Origin: Octopus vulgaris
Taxonomy: Eukaryota
Direction of reading: 5' to 3'
DNA: 64,000 nt
Assembly (NCBI GenBank): GCA_951406725.2
Contig: OX597815.1
Location: forward strand, 161,076,001 to 161,140,000
The notes below the pieces were generated by a model. It made no database searches. It was given only the letters and a program-made list of their open reading frames with translations, and was not told the origin of the DNA. A program made the translations under genes and the position numbers. This document shows positions 47,542 through 58,509 of this stretch, piece after piece (position 1 is the first letter of the stretch; each line of letters begins with the position of its first letter).

Positions 47542-47699
47542 CAATAATAAATCTCCAGACAATGAGAATGATGATTTGTCTTCGCAAATACTAATTGGAC
47601 ACAGACAGTGTATCATTAGCCAGTTGGAGGAGATGTCTCCCTGGGGCTATAAACAACAGTAGCATCGTCCCCACATTTAGGTGGCAAATATATTTCACG

Positions 47700-47741
<42 letters not shown>

Positions 47742-47854
47742 TAAATACATGTACATTAGGAGTGAAGAGTCACATTTTGTGAATTACAAATAAAAAAATA
47801 TAATTAAAACAAATTAATTAAACTTTAACACCCATCTGTGACTTCTGAACCACC

Positions 47855-47857
<3 letters not shown>
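47428..47857. mobile_element. Tc1/mariner-type MITE containing (TA)n runs and a Penelope-like fragment (47555-47700)
   Basis: TIRs CAGGGTGGCTCAAAAGTCACAAAGGTGTTAA / TTAACACCCATCTGTGACTTCTGAACCACCCTG-TA. Confidence 0.8.
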
Positions 47858-47894
<37 letters not shown>

Positions 47895-48267
47895 CCCCCA
47901 CACACACACACACATACATACAGATAGATATACATATGTGTGTATACATCTCTCTCTCCCTTTGTATTTATATGTGTGCACTCACATGTAAGAGCATGTT
48001 TGAAAGTTGACATTTTGTTTCACCTCGTGAGCAAAGTGATGCTGAAGTTGACACTCCTTGTTGACGGTGTTATGAACAGTCAATCTGTGCTTTCGAAGAT
48101 CTGTGCAATATAAATATAAAACTCCCTTACCTGAAAAAATAGGCAAGATTTCATTACAGGAAGCATCTAGCCTTAAAATCAATTCCTATCAAAATCAAGC
48201 AAGCCTGGGAAAAATGGATGTTAAAAAAAAATAGAAATAAAAATTTTTTAAATGATCCGTTATTAGC

Positions 48268-48830
48268 AATGGAAGCAGCATTGGTTCAGAACAGTATTCT
48301 GTACGTTTTTCCTAACATGGATATACATTTATTTAGAAAGTCACAAGACTGTAGTATTCATGTTTAGAGTGCTTCTCATATAGACATATAGTGCTAAAAA
48401 GCACAGTAATATATCAGTAGCTGATAAAAGAAGCATCTAGTAGTGGTGGTGAAGTTGCTAATCATGATTTCTGTGTCTTAGCATATCATCAGTAGTAAGT
48501 ATCTACTATTGACTGCATGCATAGACAAATTTTGCTTTTACTGATATACAAAATGAATGATTAACAAAACACTTGTGTTGTAAATAGCTGGTAAGCTGAG
48601 TAAAAATTTGTTATATATGACGGAAGCAGTAAAAGTTCAAAATAGCATTCTGTATATCTTACTTAACATGGATTTACTATAGAAAGCCAGTACACTGGAG
48701 TATTCATCTTGAGAGAGCTTCTCATATAGATGTGTGGTACTAAAAAGTAGAGAAGTGTGTCAGTAGCAGGCAAAAGGCATCAAGTAGCAATGGTGGAATT
48801 GCTGAATCAGGATTTCTATGTTTTTGTAGA
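48268..48830 (+). repeat. Diverged direct repeat of about 210 nt (48268-48480 and 48620-48826)
   Basis: GGAAGCAG..GTTCA..ATTCTGTA..TAACATGGAT..TAGAAAG..GTATTCAT..GCTTCTCATATAGA..CTAAAAAG..TCAGTAGC..GCATC.AGTAG..TTGCT..GATTTCT occurs twice. Confidence 0.8.
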
Positions 48831-48958
48831 AATGATGCATGAGAAAGACTAATAGAACAATACATATGCTTTTAGTAAATAGTAGATTAAAGTAAGTAAA
48901 GATCAGCTGGGGGTTTTTTGTCATTTTTTATTCATATGACCTTCTAGAATGCAGTTAA

Positions 48959-49400
48959 CCCCTTTTGATAACAAACCCTCCTAAAACCACAACCCTGGTT
49001 CTATGATAGAAACTCTGTTTTAACCCTTTAGCATTCAGATTACTCTATCAAATATAACTCTTATTCACATTGCTTTGAATTAATCATGCATTATCATTTC
49101 GAGATTTTGATTATATGATTGTACAGTCAAACTCTGACATCATGGGGTATTTGTGAGAGCCGGGATCTGGCTAGTTTAAACATAAAACAAGTAGAAAATT
49201 TGGACCTGATATAGCCTGTTTAAAATGCTAAATGGTTAAAGTGATCTAAATTTAAACTTTTTATCAAAATTTTGTGTCATTTTATGTTCCAAACACCAAA
49301 TTAATAATGGCAAAGTTGTTTTGCAAAATATTTCTTTGTTTTCAAAATGAATTGAAACAAGGGATGTGTATTCCTGCAGAAATATGGTACAGCTTAGGTT
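48959..49400 (+). mobile_element. TTAA-type (piggyBac-like) MITE, interrupted by a second MITE
   Basis: TTAA|CCCCTTTTGATAAC start; collinear with the uninterrupted copy at 54578-54788. Confidence 0.7.
49024..49235. mobile_element. Inner TTAA-type MITE
   Basis: TTAA|CCCTTTAGCATT ... AATGCTAAATGG|TTAA (12-nt TIR with 1 mismatch, TTAA TSD). Confidence 0.85.
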
Positions 49401-49873
49401 CATAAAAATTTTGAAACAAACTCAGTGAAAAGTGACAGTGATGAACAGTCATGAAACAGCTTTCTGACAAATGGGTATTTTGCTTTAAAGTTAATCTTGT
49501 TGAGATGAAGAGCAGTTGAGACTACAACATCTGAAGATCTAATTATTTTAATTATTTGACAGGCAAATTTAGTGTTTGTTAAAAATGGCAGCAACACAAA
49601 ATTTTATGGAAGCCTGGAACTGTTTCTAAAAAGAGAATAACTTCATTGTAATAACGAGTGTGAGGCAGACATTTTGTATTTGTCGTTGTTTGTTGGCTTG
49701 TAACATCTAGAGTTGCCTGTCTGTAAAAGACAAGGCAGAGAAGGAGAAAGAGAAGGAAGATAGAATTGTTTTTATTCCTCATAAGATAATTAACCAAAAT
49801 AGTTATTGTCAAAAAAATATTTACATTATATTATAAATTTCCATATGAATGGATTATAAAGATATTTAGAAGA

Positions 49874-50030
49874 CTTCCAGTTATGAATCACTTAAGTCAA
49901 TGTTATAGAGAACATTATTCATTCTTGTTATCTTCCAGTTTTGAATTACTTAAGTCTTTGTTTTAGAGAATATTATTCACTTTTATTATGTATTCAGTTT
50001 TGAATCACTTAAGTATTGTTTTAGAGAATA
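49874..50030 (+). repeat. Tandem repeat of about 58 nt, about 2.7 copies
   Basis: CAGTT(A/T)TGAAT(C/T)ACTTAAGT..TGTT(A/T)TAGAGAA occurs three times. Confidence 0.85.
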
Positions 50031-50317
50031 TAAATTTAGTTTTGATATCCTATTCAGCCACTCTACATAATGTAATGCAATTAGTAACAAAAGCTGTTAT
50101 GCCAGAAAATGATTATCTTTTATAAGATGACTTAGTTGATCTATCAGCTTGCCATTTTTGTGTTAGAAAGAAGAAACAACCAATCTTTTCTGGAATATAC
50201 TTTTTTTTTTTACTTGTGTGTAATATGAAAAATTTAATTTAAAGAAAAATCACAAGCAAAATTTTTTTCTACCCAGATAATTCTACATCTCCTGTTTAAT
50301 TCAATTATGAATAAATT

Positions 50318-50686
50318 ATCTTTTATCTTTTAACTTGTTTCATTCATTGAACTGCAGCCTTGCTGGGGCACCGCCTTGAAGAGTTTACTCAAACAAATCA
50401 ACTCTAGTACTTATTTCTTAAGCCTGGTACTTATTCTATCGACCTCTTTTGCCAGACTACTAAGCTATGTGGATGTAAACAAACTAACACCAATTGTCAA
50501 GTGGTGGTGCAGGACAAACACAAACACACATATGATGGATTTCCATTCAGTTTCCATCAACAAAATTCACTTGCCAGTTATTGGTCAGCCTGCAACTATA
50601 GTAGATACTTACTCAAGGTGCTGTGCAGTGAGACTGAGCCCAGAACTGCATGGTTGCAAAGGGAGCTTCTTAACCACACAGCCATG
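50318..50686 (-). mobile_element. Family A SINE (older)
   Basis: Matches the consensus. Confidence 0.8.
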
Positions 50687-50827
50687 TAATCATTTCTATT
50701 TCTTTTTTATTATATTGAAATATAAAAAATACTAAACATAAAAACAAACCAAAGCATACGAAAATACTGAAGACATAGCCCCAAGATATTTAAGGACTAG
50801 TTTATACAAATCTCTATATGTATCAAT

Positions 50828-51122
50828 GAAGGCACATGGCTCAGTGGTTTGAGTGTCAGGCTTATAGGTAGTGAGTTTGATTCCCGGAGCAGGTTGTGTG
50901 TTGTGTTCTTGAGCAAGACACTCTATTTCACATTGCTCCAGTTCACTCAGCTGTAGAAATGAGTTGCAAAGTTACCATTGCCAGGCTGTATTATCCTTTG
51001 CCTTTCCCTTGGATAGCACTGGTAGGATGGAGAGAGGAGACTAACCTGCATGGGCTACTGCTGGTCTTCCATAAACAGCATTGCCCAGATTTGTGCTCCA
51101 GAGGAGAACTTTCTGTGGGTCT
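50828..51122 (+). mobile_element. Family D-head SINE, tail type E
   Basis: Paralog of 6075-6415. Confidence 0.75.
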
Positions 51123-51300
51123 TTACCTTTTTACATGTATCATGAAGATAGCAAAAGACTTAATCCTGTTAGCATCCTGGTGGTTGGTGCAGGGTTAAAT
51201 TCTGTATGGTTTAAGGATGATTATCTAATTTAAAGATTACGATTTTAAAAAACTAAAATCATGCTAGCTTTAGTATACAAGTTCTAGTTTATGTATTACA

Positions 51301-51525
51301 CAAGGGGGTGCTGAAAAGTTCCTGGCCTTAAGGGTATCGCAAAAGGTCTGATTGGAGGCCCAACCTTCCAAATTCTTTTACAGGCTTAGAAAAACTGAAG
51401 AACCACTGCAATAAGCATGTGAATATGAAAGAGGAATATGTTGAATAAAATCATAATGAACTGATCCTCCTGTATTTTCTATTAACCAAAGCCAGGAACG
51501 TTTCAGTACACCCCCCCCCCCCTTG
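51301..51525 (+). mobile_element. Mariner-derived MITE
   Basis: TIRs CAAGGGGGTGCTGAAAAGTTCCTGGC / GCCAGGAACGTTTCAGTACACCCC..TTG; internal NKHVNMKEEYVE* resembles a mariner C-terminus; second copy at 57714-57933. Confidence 0.8.
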
Positions 51526-51547
51526 AACATTTTTGATGGGTGCAGTA

Positions 51548-51868
51548 TAGCTAACTTAGTGGTTAGGGTATTTGGCTTACAGTCATAAAGTTGTGAGTTC
51601 AATTTCTGGCAATGCCTTGTGTCCTTGAGCAAGACACTTTATTTCACATTGCTCCAGTCCACTCAGCTGGCAAAAATGAGTACTACCTATATTTAAAAGG
51701 GCCAGACTTGTCACATTCCATGTCACACAGAATCTCCTTAAGAACAACATTAAAGGTACACATGTCTGAGGAGTGTTCAGCCACTTACATGTTAATTTCA
51801 CAAGCAAGCTGTTCCATTGATTGGATCAACTAGAATCATCATCGTCATAACTGACAGAGTGACAGTGA
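51548..51868 (+). mobile_element. Family D SINE
   Basis: TTAGTGGTTAGGGTATTTGGC..GAGTTCAATTTC..TGTGTCCTTGAGCAAGACACTTTATTTCACATTGCTCCAGTCCACTCAGCTG; paralog at 56555-56873. Confidence 0.85.
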
Positions 51869-52137
51869 CATGGCTGAATAATTAAGGAGTTTACCTTACA
51901 ATGATGAGATCCCAGTTAGATCTCTCTGACTGGCAGCTTAAGATGAAAAGGCCATTTCCTATAGCTTCAGGTTGACCCATGGCTTGGATGTGAAATTGGG
52001 TAGATGGAAAGTGTATAAAAAGTGTATCTCATCTATCTGATGAGATAGATTGTATCTGTGACTCAAAAGGTGAGGTCTTACTACAGGCTGTGTTGTCCTG
52101 ATTCTGACTGAGATTTACTTTAAGGGTACACAGATAT

Positions 52138-52498
52138 TTTATCTTATACATGTTTCAGTCATTGGACTGCAGCCTTGAATGGCTTAATCAAACAAATTAA
52201 TCCCCTGTGCTTATTGTATTTAAAGCCAGGTACTTATTCTATGGGTCAAACTGCTAATTTATGGGGCTGTAAACAAACCACCTCTGGTTGTCAAGCAGTA
52301 GTGAGGGAAAAACATAAAGACATATATAGATACATGGATACAAACATACATATTTCTGGCTAACAAATCTACTCACAAGGCTTCAGATGACCTGGGGCAA
52401 TAGTAGAACATACTTTCCCAAGGTGACACACAGTAGGACCAAGCCCAGAACCATGTGGTCAAGAAGCAAACCTCTTACAACACAGCCATGCTTGCAGC
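52138..52498 (-). mobile_element. Family A SINE inserted into a family D tail (about 52055-52575)
   Basis: D tail TTTAAGGGTACAC..TCTGTGGAATGTTCAG is split by the A copy. Confidence 0.75.
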
Positions 52499-52679
52499 CG
52501 TCTGTGGAATGTTCAGTCGTTTACATGTTAAATCAGGAGCAAGTAATTCAGTCGATTGAATAACTGAATCCTTGTTGTTGAACAATGAAAATCTACCACA
52601 TGTTTAAAAAACTTATTGCAATATCACTGTGGTTTCTTAAAAAATATAATTATGTCTGTAAGGGTTGCATTTCATAAGA

Positions 52680-53062
52680 GGATACATATAACATTGTGTA
52701 ACACGATTTTTGTCCTTGAGTAACAACAGCTATTTCCTATTTGCTTACCTCTAGAAAATATGGAAAATGGCTATTTCCTTCAAAATTTGCTTTTATTACA
52801 TTTAAATCAAAAAACCCCTCTAAATACATGGCTTTGATGTCCCCCCCACTACTACTTATTTGCTATTGTTGAATCTGTCTGAAATGTAATGGAAAATAGG
52901 TCAGTTTCAAAACATTTATATCCAGGTAACAAAAGCAACGTTTGAAGGGAATAGTAGTCATTTCATTTGATTTCTAGAAAGAAGCAAAGAGGAAATAACA
53001 CTTACTGACCAAAGATAAATAAAAAAAAGACTGTTGTTACACCGTGTAATGTATATGTATCC
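52680..53062. mobile_element. Long-TIR fold-back element (MITE-like)
   Basis: Imperfect arms of about 120 nt: TATTTCCTATTTGCTT..CTAGAAA..CTATTTCCTTCAAAATTTGCTTTTATTAC versus GTAACAAAAGCAACGTTTGAAGGGAATAG..TTTCTAG..AAGCAAAGAGGAAATA. Confidence 0.75.
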
Positions 53063-54244
53063 TTATACATATAGCTGGTGTCCTGCTACATTTGAGATAG
53101 CATTGTGCTTGAATAGGTATGAAGATATTTTTGTTTGTCTATTGAGAGTCAGAAGTTTTTTAACAGAAGTTTTTTTTAAAAGCAACACTCTTTTTCTCTT
53201 TGTGTCTTGTAAAAACAAAACATGATTTTCACCTTGTTTAGTGTAGAAAGATCAGAAGGCTTCTTCTCCTTAATGTTAATTATATACCAGGGTTTATTTT
53301 TATGATATCCTGCTACCAATCTTAATGTACCTTGTGTTATTTATATGACAATAAATGTGAACCCTGAATGTATCTTCTCACATTGCATCATCATTACTAA
53401 CATAGATAATGTTATCTCTATGCCATAGGCTGGATAAAAACGAGATTCATGATAAAATAAAATATTCATGGATATCTTTGTGTTGAATTTAATGTGACTA
53501 TATTTGGATTAGAATGGATAAAAATGTGCTAGAATTCAATTTAGCTATGAACTAAAACCATCTTTTATCCTTGTCCTCATCACCACCATCATTGTCATCA
53601 TCACCATCATCATCAGCAAAATAATCTCTTTATGATCACTCAGCTTGCTAGAAATCTAGAAATAACAGCCAAATCTGCTGGCATTCCCCCAAAACTACCT
53701 ATTGTCTTAACGAACACTATGCATAGTATTTCTGAAGAAAAAGTTAGTATTGCCATGTCTTTGTATGCTTTTGGTCACAGATCATTGATAAAAGATGAGC
53801 TTGATCAATGCTAATTTGAACAATAACATCATCATCATTATCACAGTGGCCATAGAAAATCTATTTATTAAGAGAGATAAGGCTACTGAAGTCTTTTCTT
53901 TCTCTTTCAAATATTGAGTGATAAAAGTACATGTACTAAATAAAAAGTTGAAACAACCAAAGTTCACTGAGCTTGTGTATAATTCCAATGACAACATCAT
54001 TAAACAGATGAGAAACTAATCACCTTCCAATAGGACTCTAGTTTATCATAGGCAACCTGGTCATGGGAGAAGCTGTGCTTAGTACTATAAACATTTGAAA
54101 AACTTAAATACTTAAATATTTGATTATCCTGCTTCTGGTTACACAGATACTTCATCTTTAACTCTTTAACCAGCCATATCCAGCCCAAATACTCAACCAA
54201 TTTTATTTTCAAATTGGCCAGGTTTGGCTCCTCATACCTACCAT

Positions 54245-54510
54245 ATTAGTTTGCTTTCCAGTTACATTGTTCCAGGTTCAGTCCCACTGTGTGGTACCTT
54301 GGACAAATGTCTTATACTATAGCCTTGGGCCAACCAAAGCTTTGTGAGTGGATTTGGTAGATGGAAACTGAAAGAAGCCCATCATACATGTGTGTTTGTG
54401 TGTGTGTGTGTGTGTGTGTATGAGTGTCTTTGTGTCTGTGTTTGTCCCCCACCACTACTTGGTACCTTGTATTGGTTTGTTTACATCCTGTAACTTAGCA
54501 GTTCAGCAAT
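54245..54510 (+). mobile_element. Family A SINE (truncated)
   Basis: Matches the consensus. Confidence 0.8.
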
Positions 54511-54577
54511 CATTTATTTTACTTTTCTCAGCTCTTTACATCTGTTAATGATTTCATCTAAATTCTTCACTATATTA

Positions 54578-54788
54578 CCTCTTTTGTTACCAAACTGCCC
54601 AAAACCACTCTTGCTTCTATGATACAAATTCCATTTTAAATTAAAACTTCCCATCAAATTTCCATGTTAATTTATGTTCTAAACAAAGCTTGATAATGAC
54701 AAAATTATTTTACTAAATTCTGCAATATTTTAAAAATTCATGCAAATGAAGATAATGTATTTCAACAGAAATATATCAACAAAATGGT
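54578..54788 (+). mobile_element. TTAA-type MITE, uninterrupted copy
   Basis: CCTCTTTTGTTACC ... CAACAAAATGG|TTAA. Confidence 0.65.
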
Positions 54789-54829
54789 TAATGACCTACT
54801 TATAGTTACTTCTAACTACATACATTCCC

Positions 54830-55390
54830 AATGCAGGTGGTACCAGCTTTGAGTTTTCCTTAACCTTCAATACATATTGTCATCCACTTGCAACCAAAGT
54901 TCTTCTTAACAGGCATATAATTCACTCATGAATAAAGATTACCAAAGCATCCTTCAAAGGAGACGTAACAAATAAAGCTCTCCTTCAGCAACACAATTAC
55001 TATATAAATGAAGGAAACAACCTTTGCTTGAACAACAAACAAATAAAGTTTCCAAAGTTACTAGAACTTGCAATATCTGATGATTTCTCCTGGTGACCTC
55101 TCATATAAAACGGTGCTACATCAGTATATCAATGATTAAGATTCCTCTTCAGAAACCAAAAATACTTCAAATCTGTTAACTTTCTGACTCTCTTCAGTGC
55201 TCAAGTGCAACCCGCATTGTAATGCAGCTCTTACATATTGGGATGTTGCAGCTGTGCTCACAAACATCTTAACCATACCCAATAGAAAAATCCAATCAAA
55301 TCATCTTAACTATATATAACAGAATTTTCAACATTGTAACCAATAGAAGCATATCCAATAAAAAAAATCTTTATACTCACTCACCAATAA
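54830..55390 (+). mobile_element. Fossil CR1/Jockey-group LINE reverse-transcriptase C-terminal region
   Basis: KLLELAISDDFSW*PLI..LRFLFRNQKYF..FLTLFSAQVQPAL*CSS..WD matches LG..I..DLSW..HI..L.LY.A.VRP.LEY.S..W. Confidence 0.75.
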
Positions 55391-55539
55391 CTACTGGATA
55401 ACACACACACACATACACATGCACACACACATGCACGCACAGATATGATGTGGGTGTATAGCATATATGTTATGCTGTGATTAAATATTATCTGATATAG
55501 AACTTTTTATGGCCAAACTTATCATCACCTTTTATGATG

Positions 55540-55719
55540 GAATGTGAGTGTATGTATATGTATGTGTGTGTATGTGTGTATATATGTGTATATATATGTG
55601 CATATTTACATGTATGCATTTATATATGTATATATATATATATGTATGTATATATGAATATGTATTATATATGTATGTATATGTATATATATATATGTGT
55701 GTGTGTATGTATATATATG

Positions 55720-55751
<32 letters not shown>

Positions 55752-55883
55752 TATGTGTGTGTGTATATGTATGTATATATATATATGTGTGTGTATATGT
55801 ATGTATATGTACGTATATATATATATATGTTTATATATGTATATATACGTATATATGTATGTATATATATATATGTGTGTGTG

Positions 55884-55926
<43 letters not shown>
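55540..55926. repeat. Long compound (TA)/(TG)/(TATG) microsatellite
   Basis: Directly visible; the source of several spurious long ORFs. Confidence 0.95.
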
Positions 55927-55929
<3 letters not shown>

Positions 55930-56554
55930 GAAAGAAAAGAAGAGAGACAGAGAGGAATATGCTTTTCACCAGAAATATATTTCAAGTTGAGAATTTCAGT
56001 ACGTCACATACTTGGTGCTCATGGTTTCTTGCTAGAAGCAGTCTTCCAGTCAAGTGGTTATTCTATAGATGTTGTAAAAGCATTAATGGACTTTTTTTTT
56101 TTTGATTTTTGTTAAATGATCTTTGCACTGTTCTCTGATTGGTTCTTACAGATTGTGTGTTGCCTTGTGGTGATCGCTGTTGTGTTCTCAGTCTGCCTGT
56201 AATTTCTAATTCCTGAGGCAATATTTTGTTTCTGTGTGATTCCATTTCCACATTATCTTTGGTCTTTTTAGAAGGCTTATCATTTTTGCATTAAGTTATA
56301 TTTCTTTACTAAGTAAATATTACATCTCTTTGACACCTCTAATATAAGCTGCTTCAGAATAAGCTGTTAGTGAAGAAGCCACTACATGGCTGCTTGACCT
56401 GTTAGAAAGAACTGTAAGATATCCCTCAAATCACACCTTATCTTCTAAAAAAAAAAGTTGGAGACCCTATGTTGATAAGGTATTCTTAGATACACAATTT
56501 TCGAAAAAAAAACAAAAAAACACGTTGGCCATGGTTGGAAATATCTTTGATCAT

Positions 56555-56873
56555 GTAAAGGTGCATGGCTTAGTGGTTAGGATATTTGGCTGACAGTCAT
56601 AAGATCATGAGTTCAATTCCCAGTTGCACATTGTGTCCTTAAGCAAAACACTACTTCATATTGTTCCAGTCCACTTAGCTAGCAAAAAAGAGTTTTACCT
56701 GTAATTCAAGGCGCCAGCTTTGTCACATTCTGTGTCATGCTGAATCTTCCAGAGAACTACATTAAAGGTACGTGTGTCTGTGGAGTACTCAGATACCTGC
56801 ACGTTAATTTCATGAGCAGGCAGTTCAGATCAACTGGGATGCTCATCGTCATAACCAACAGAGTACCAGCTTT
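56555..56873 (+). mobile_element. Family D SINE with a 13-nt TSD, inserted into a family H repeat (about 56365-56935)
   Basis: TATCTTTGATCAT at 56542-56554 and 56874-56886. Confidence 0.85.
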
Positions 56874-57713
56874 TATCTTTGATCATTAGTCTACTCATTC
56901 AGGGATGACCTGGGGTTAGACAGCAACAGCAACTACAAATAATATTAGAAAAAGGATTTGTGTAAAAAGTAAATGGATCTTTCAGTTTCTCATTGAACTG
57001 AGCAACCTACCCTTTATATAAATATATATGTTGCTGAGTATTCCATTCACGTAATCCTCAGGCAGTATTAGAAGGATTGAATTGATCTGAGGCTATGATA
57101 AGAGTTACTTGCCTTTGATAACCTGCAATAGTACTGAACCTAATTCCTCGTAGTTTGCAAAGCACACTGTCTTAGAAGGCATGTAAAACAAATTAGCACA
57201 TTCTAAAATATATTTAAGAAGGTTTGGGCTGCTTTATCAAAACATATCTGGTTTCTGAAAGAGAAGGTCAAAAATATTAGAGTGGCAAAAGTGTTGCTAT
57301 TTTTAAACCCCTGGCCAAACCTGAACAAGCAGATGCATGATCTAAGACATACCAACGATAATAAACTAGTCTTTTGTTTTTAGACATAGTGCTGGTATGA
57401 TGATAATATGTACCCAGTATACACTGTAAATTAGTTTGCATTAGACAGGGCATCCAGCAGTAGAAGCCATGCCAAAAATTAAATGTATGATAAGATGTAG
57501 TCCTCCAACCCATCTATGAGGGCACTGACTCTGAATATGAATTGCTTTAGATTATGATGGCTCATCTAAACCATGCTAGTACGGAAAGTGGATATAAAAG
57601 GATGGCAATGGGGACAACAACTACGATTACAATAAGTTATGGGAAAGTAAATAAATCAATACTGGTTGCCACATAGCAAAGAGGAGAACCACATACACAC
57701 ACACACCCATACA

Positions 57714-57933
57714 CAAGGGGGTACTGAAAAGTTCTTGGTTTTGGGTAAAAGAAAATACAGAAAGATCAGCTAATTATAATTTTATTTAACATATTCCCCT
57801 CTGAGATTCACACACTTATTGCAGTAGTACTTAAGTTTTTTTTTAAGCCCTGTAAAACAATTTGGAAGGTTAGGCTTCGAATCAGGCCTTTTGCAATACC
57901 CTTAAAGACAGGAACTTTTCAGCACCCCCCTCA
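57714..57933 (-). mobile_element. Mariner-derived MITE (inverted copy of 51301-51525)
   Basis: Same TIRs; internal sequence reverse-complemented. Confidence 0.8.
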
Positions 57934-58509
57934 TGCATGACAGGCTTCCACACAGTTTTATGATCGTAGTTGTTGTTGTACCCAACACTGTATTTTTCCA
58001 ACATAGCTCTCTTTTTTTATAAGGTGTGATTTCAGGCTGGTATCACTGTTATGTCTTGCAGACAAAACAATCATATACAAATTTTCTCTTTCATTCATAT
58101 CAGACAAAGTTATACTAGAGATGCTGAAAGAATGTAATCATCATCTGGCAAAGAAATGCCATATTTTCATGCAGAAATTATGAGTACAAACCACTGTAGA
58201 GGGGACCCCCATTTGTTCATCATCACTACTTGTTTTAGCTAAACAGTACCTTTGCTAAAACAATCACCATGAAGGGAACATCAGCTCTGATTTCTGTTTT
58301 TAAATTTAGATTCCAATATGACTGATTCTTTAAGCAATTCACCATCATTGTAATTTTACATTTGCTTTTTTCATGCCTGTGTATTCATTCTTTAATAATT
58401 GTATCATTTGTATTCTGAGAGCAAGCTAAATCCAACCTTTTCAGTATTTGCTTTTTATGCAATAATCTCTTAATTTCTTTTATTTCTTCTAAAAAGTGTC
58501 ATTTTCTAT

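Noticed and set aside
48120-48145. Minus-strand TTTTTTCAG|GTAAGG recursive-splice-like site
   Set aside because: Lies within a degenerate copy of the A/C chimeric repeat tail (about 48125-48230); no independent support
21460-55085. Other CTGATGA heptamers (about 21462, 42121, 52037, 55077)
   Set aside because: No stem II, GAAA and stem I/III arrangement follows, so they are not hammerheads
56063-56290. Hydrophilic minus-strand ORF
   Set aside because: No splice context or recognisable domain; an SDH in another frame hints at a decayed LINE endonuclease but is too weak to call
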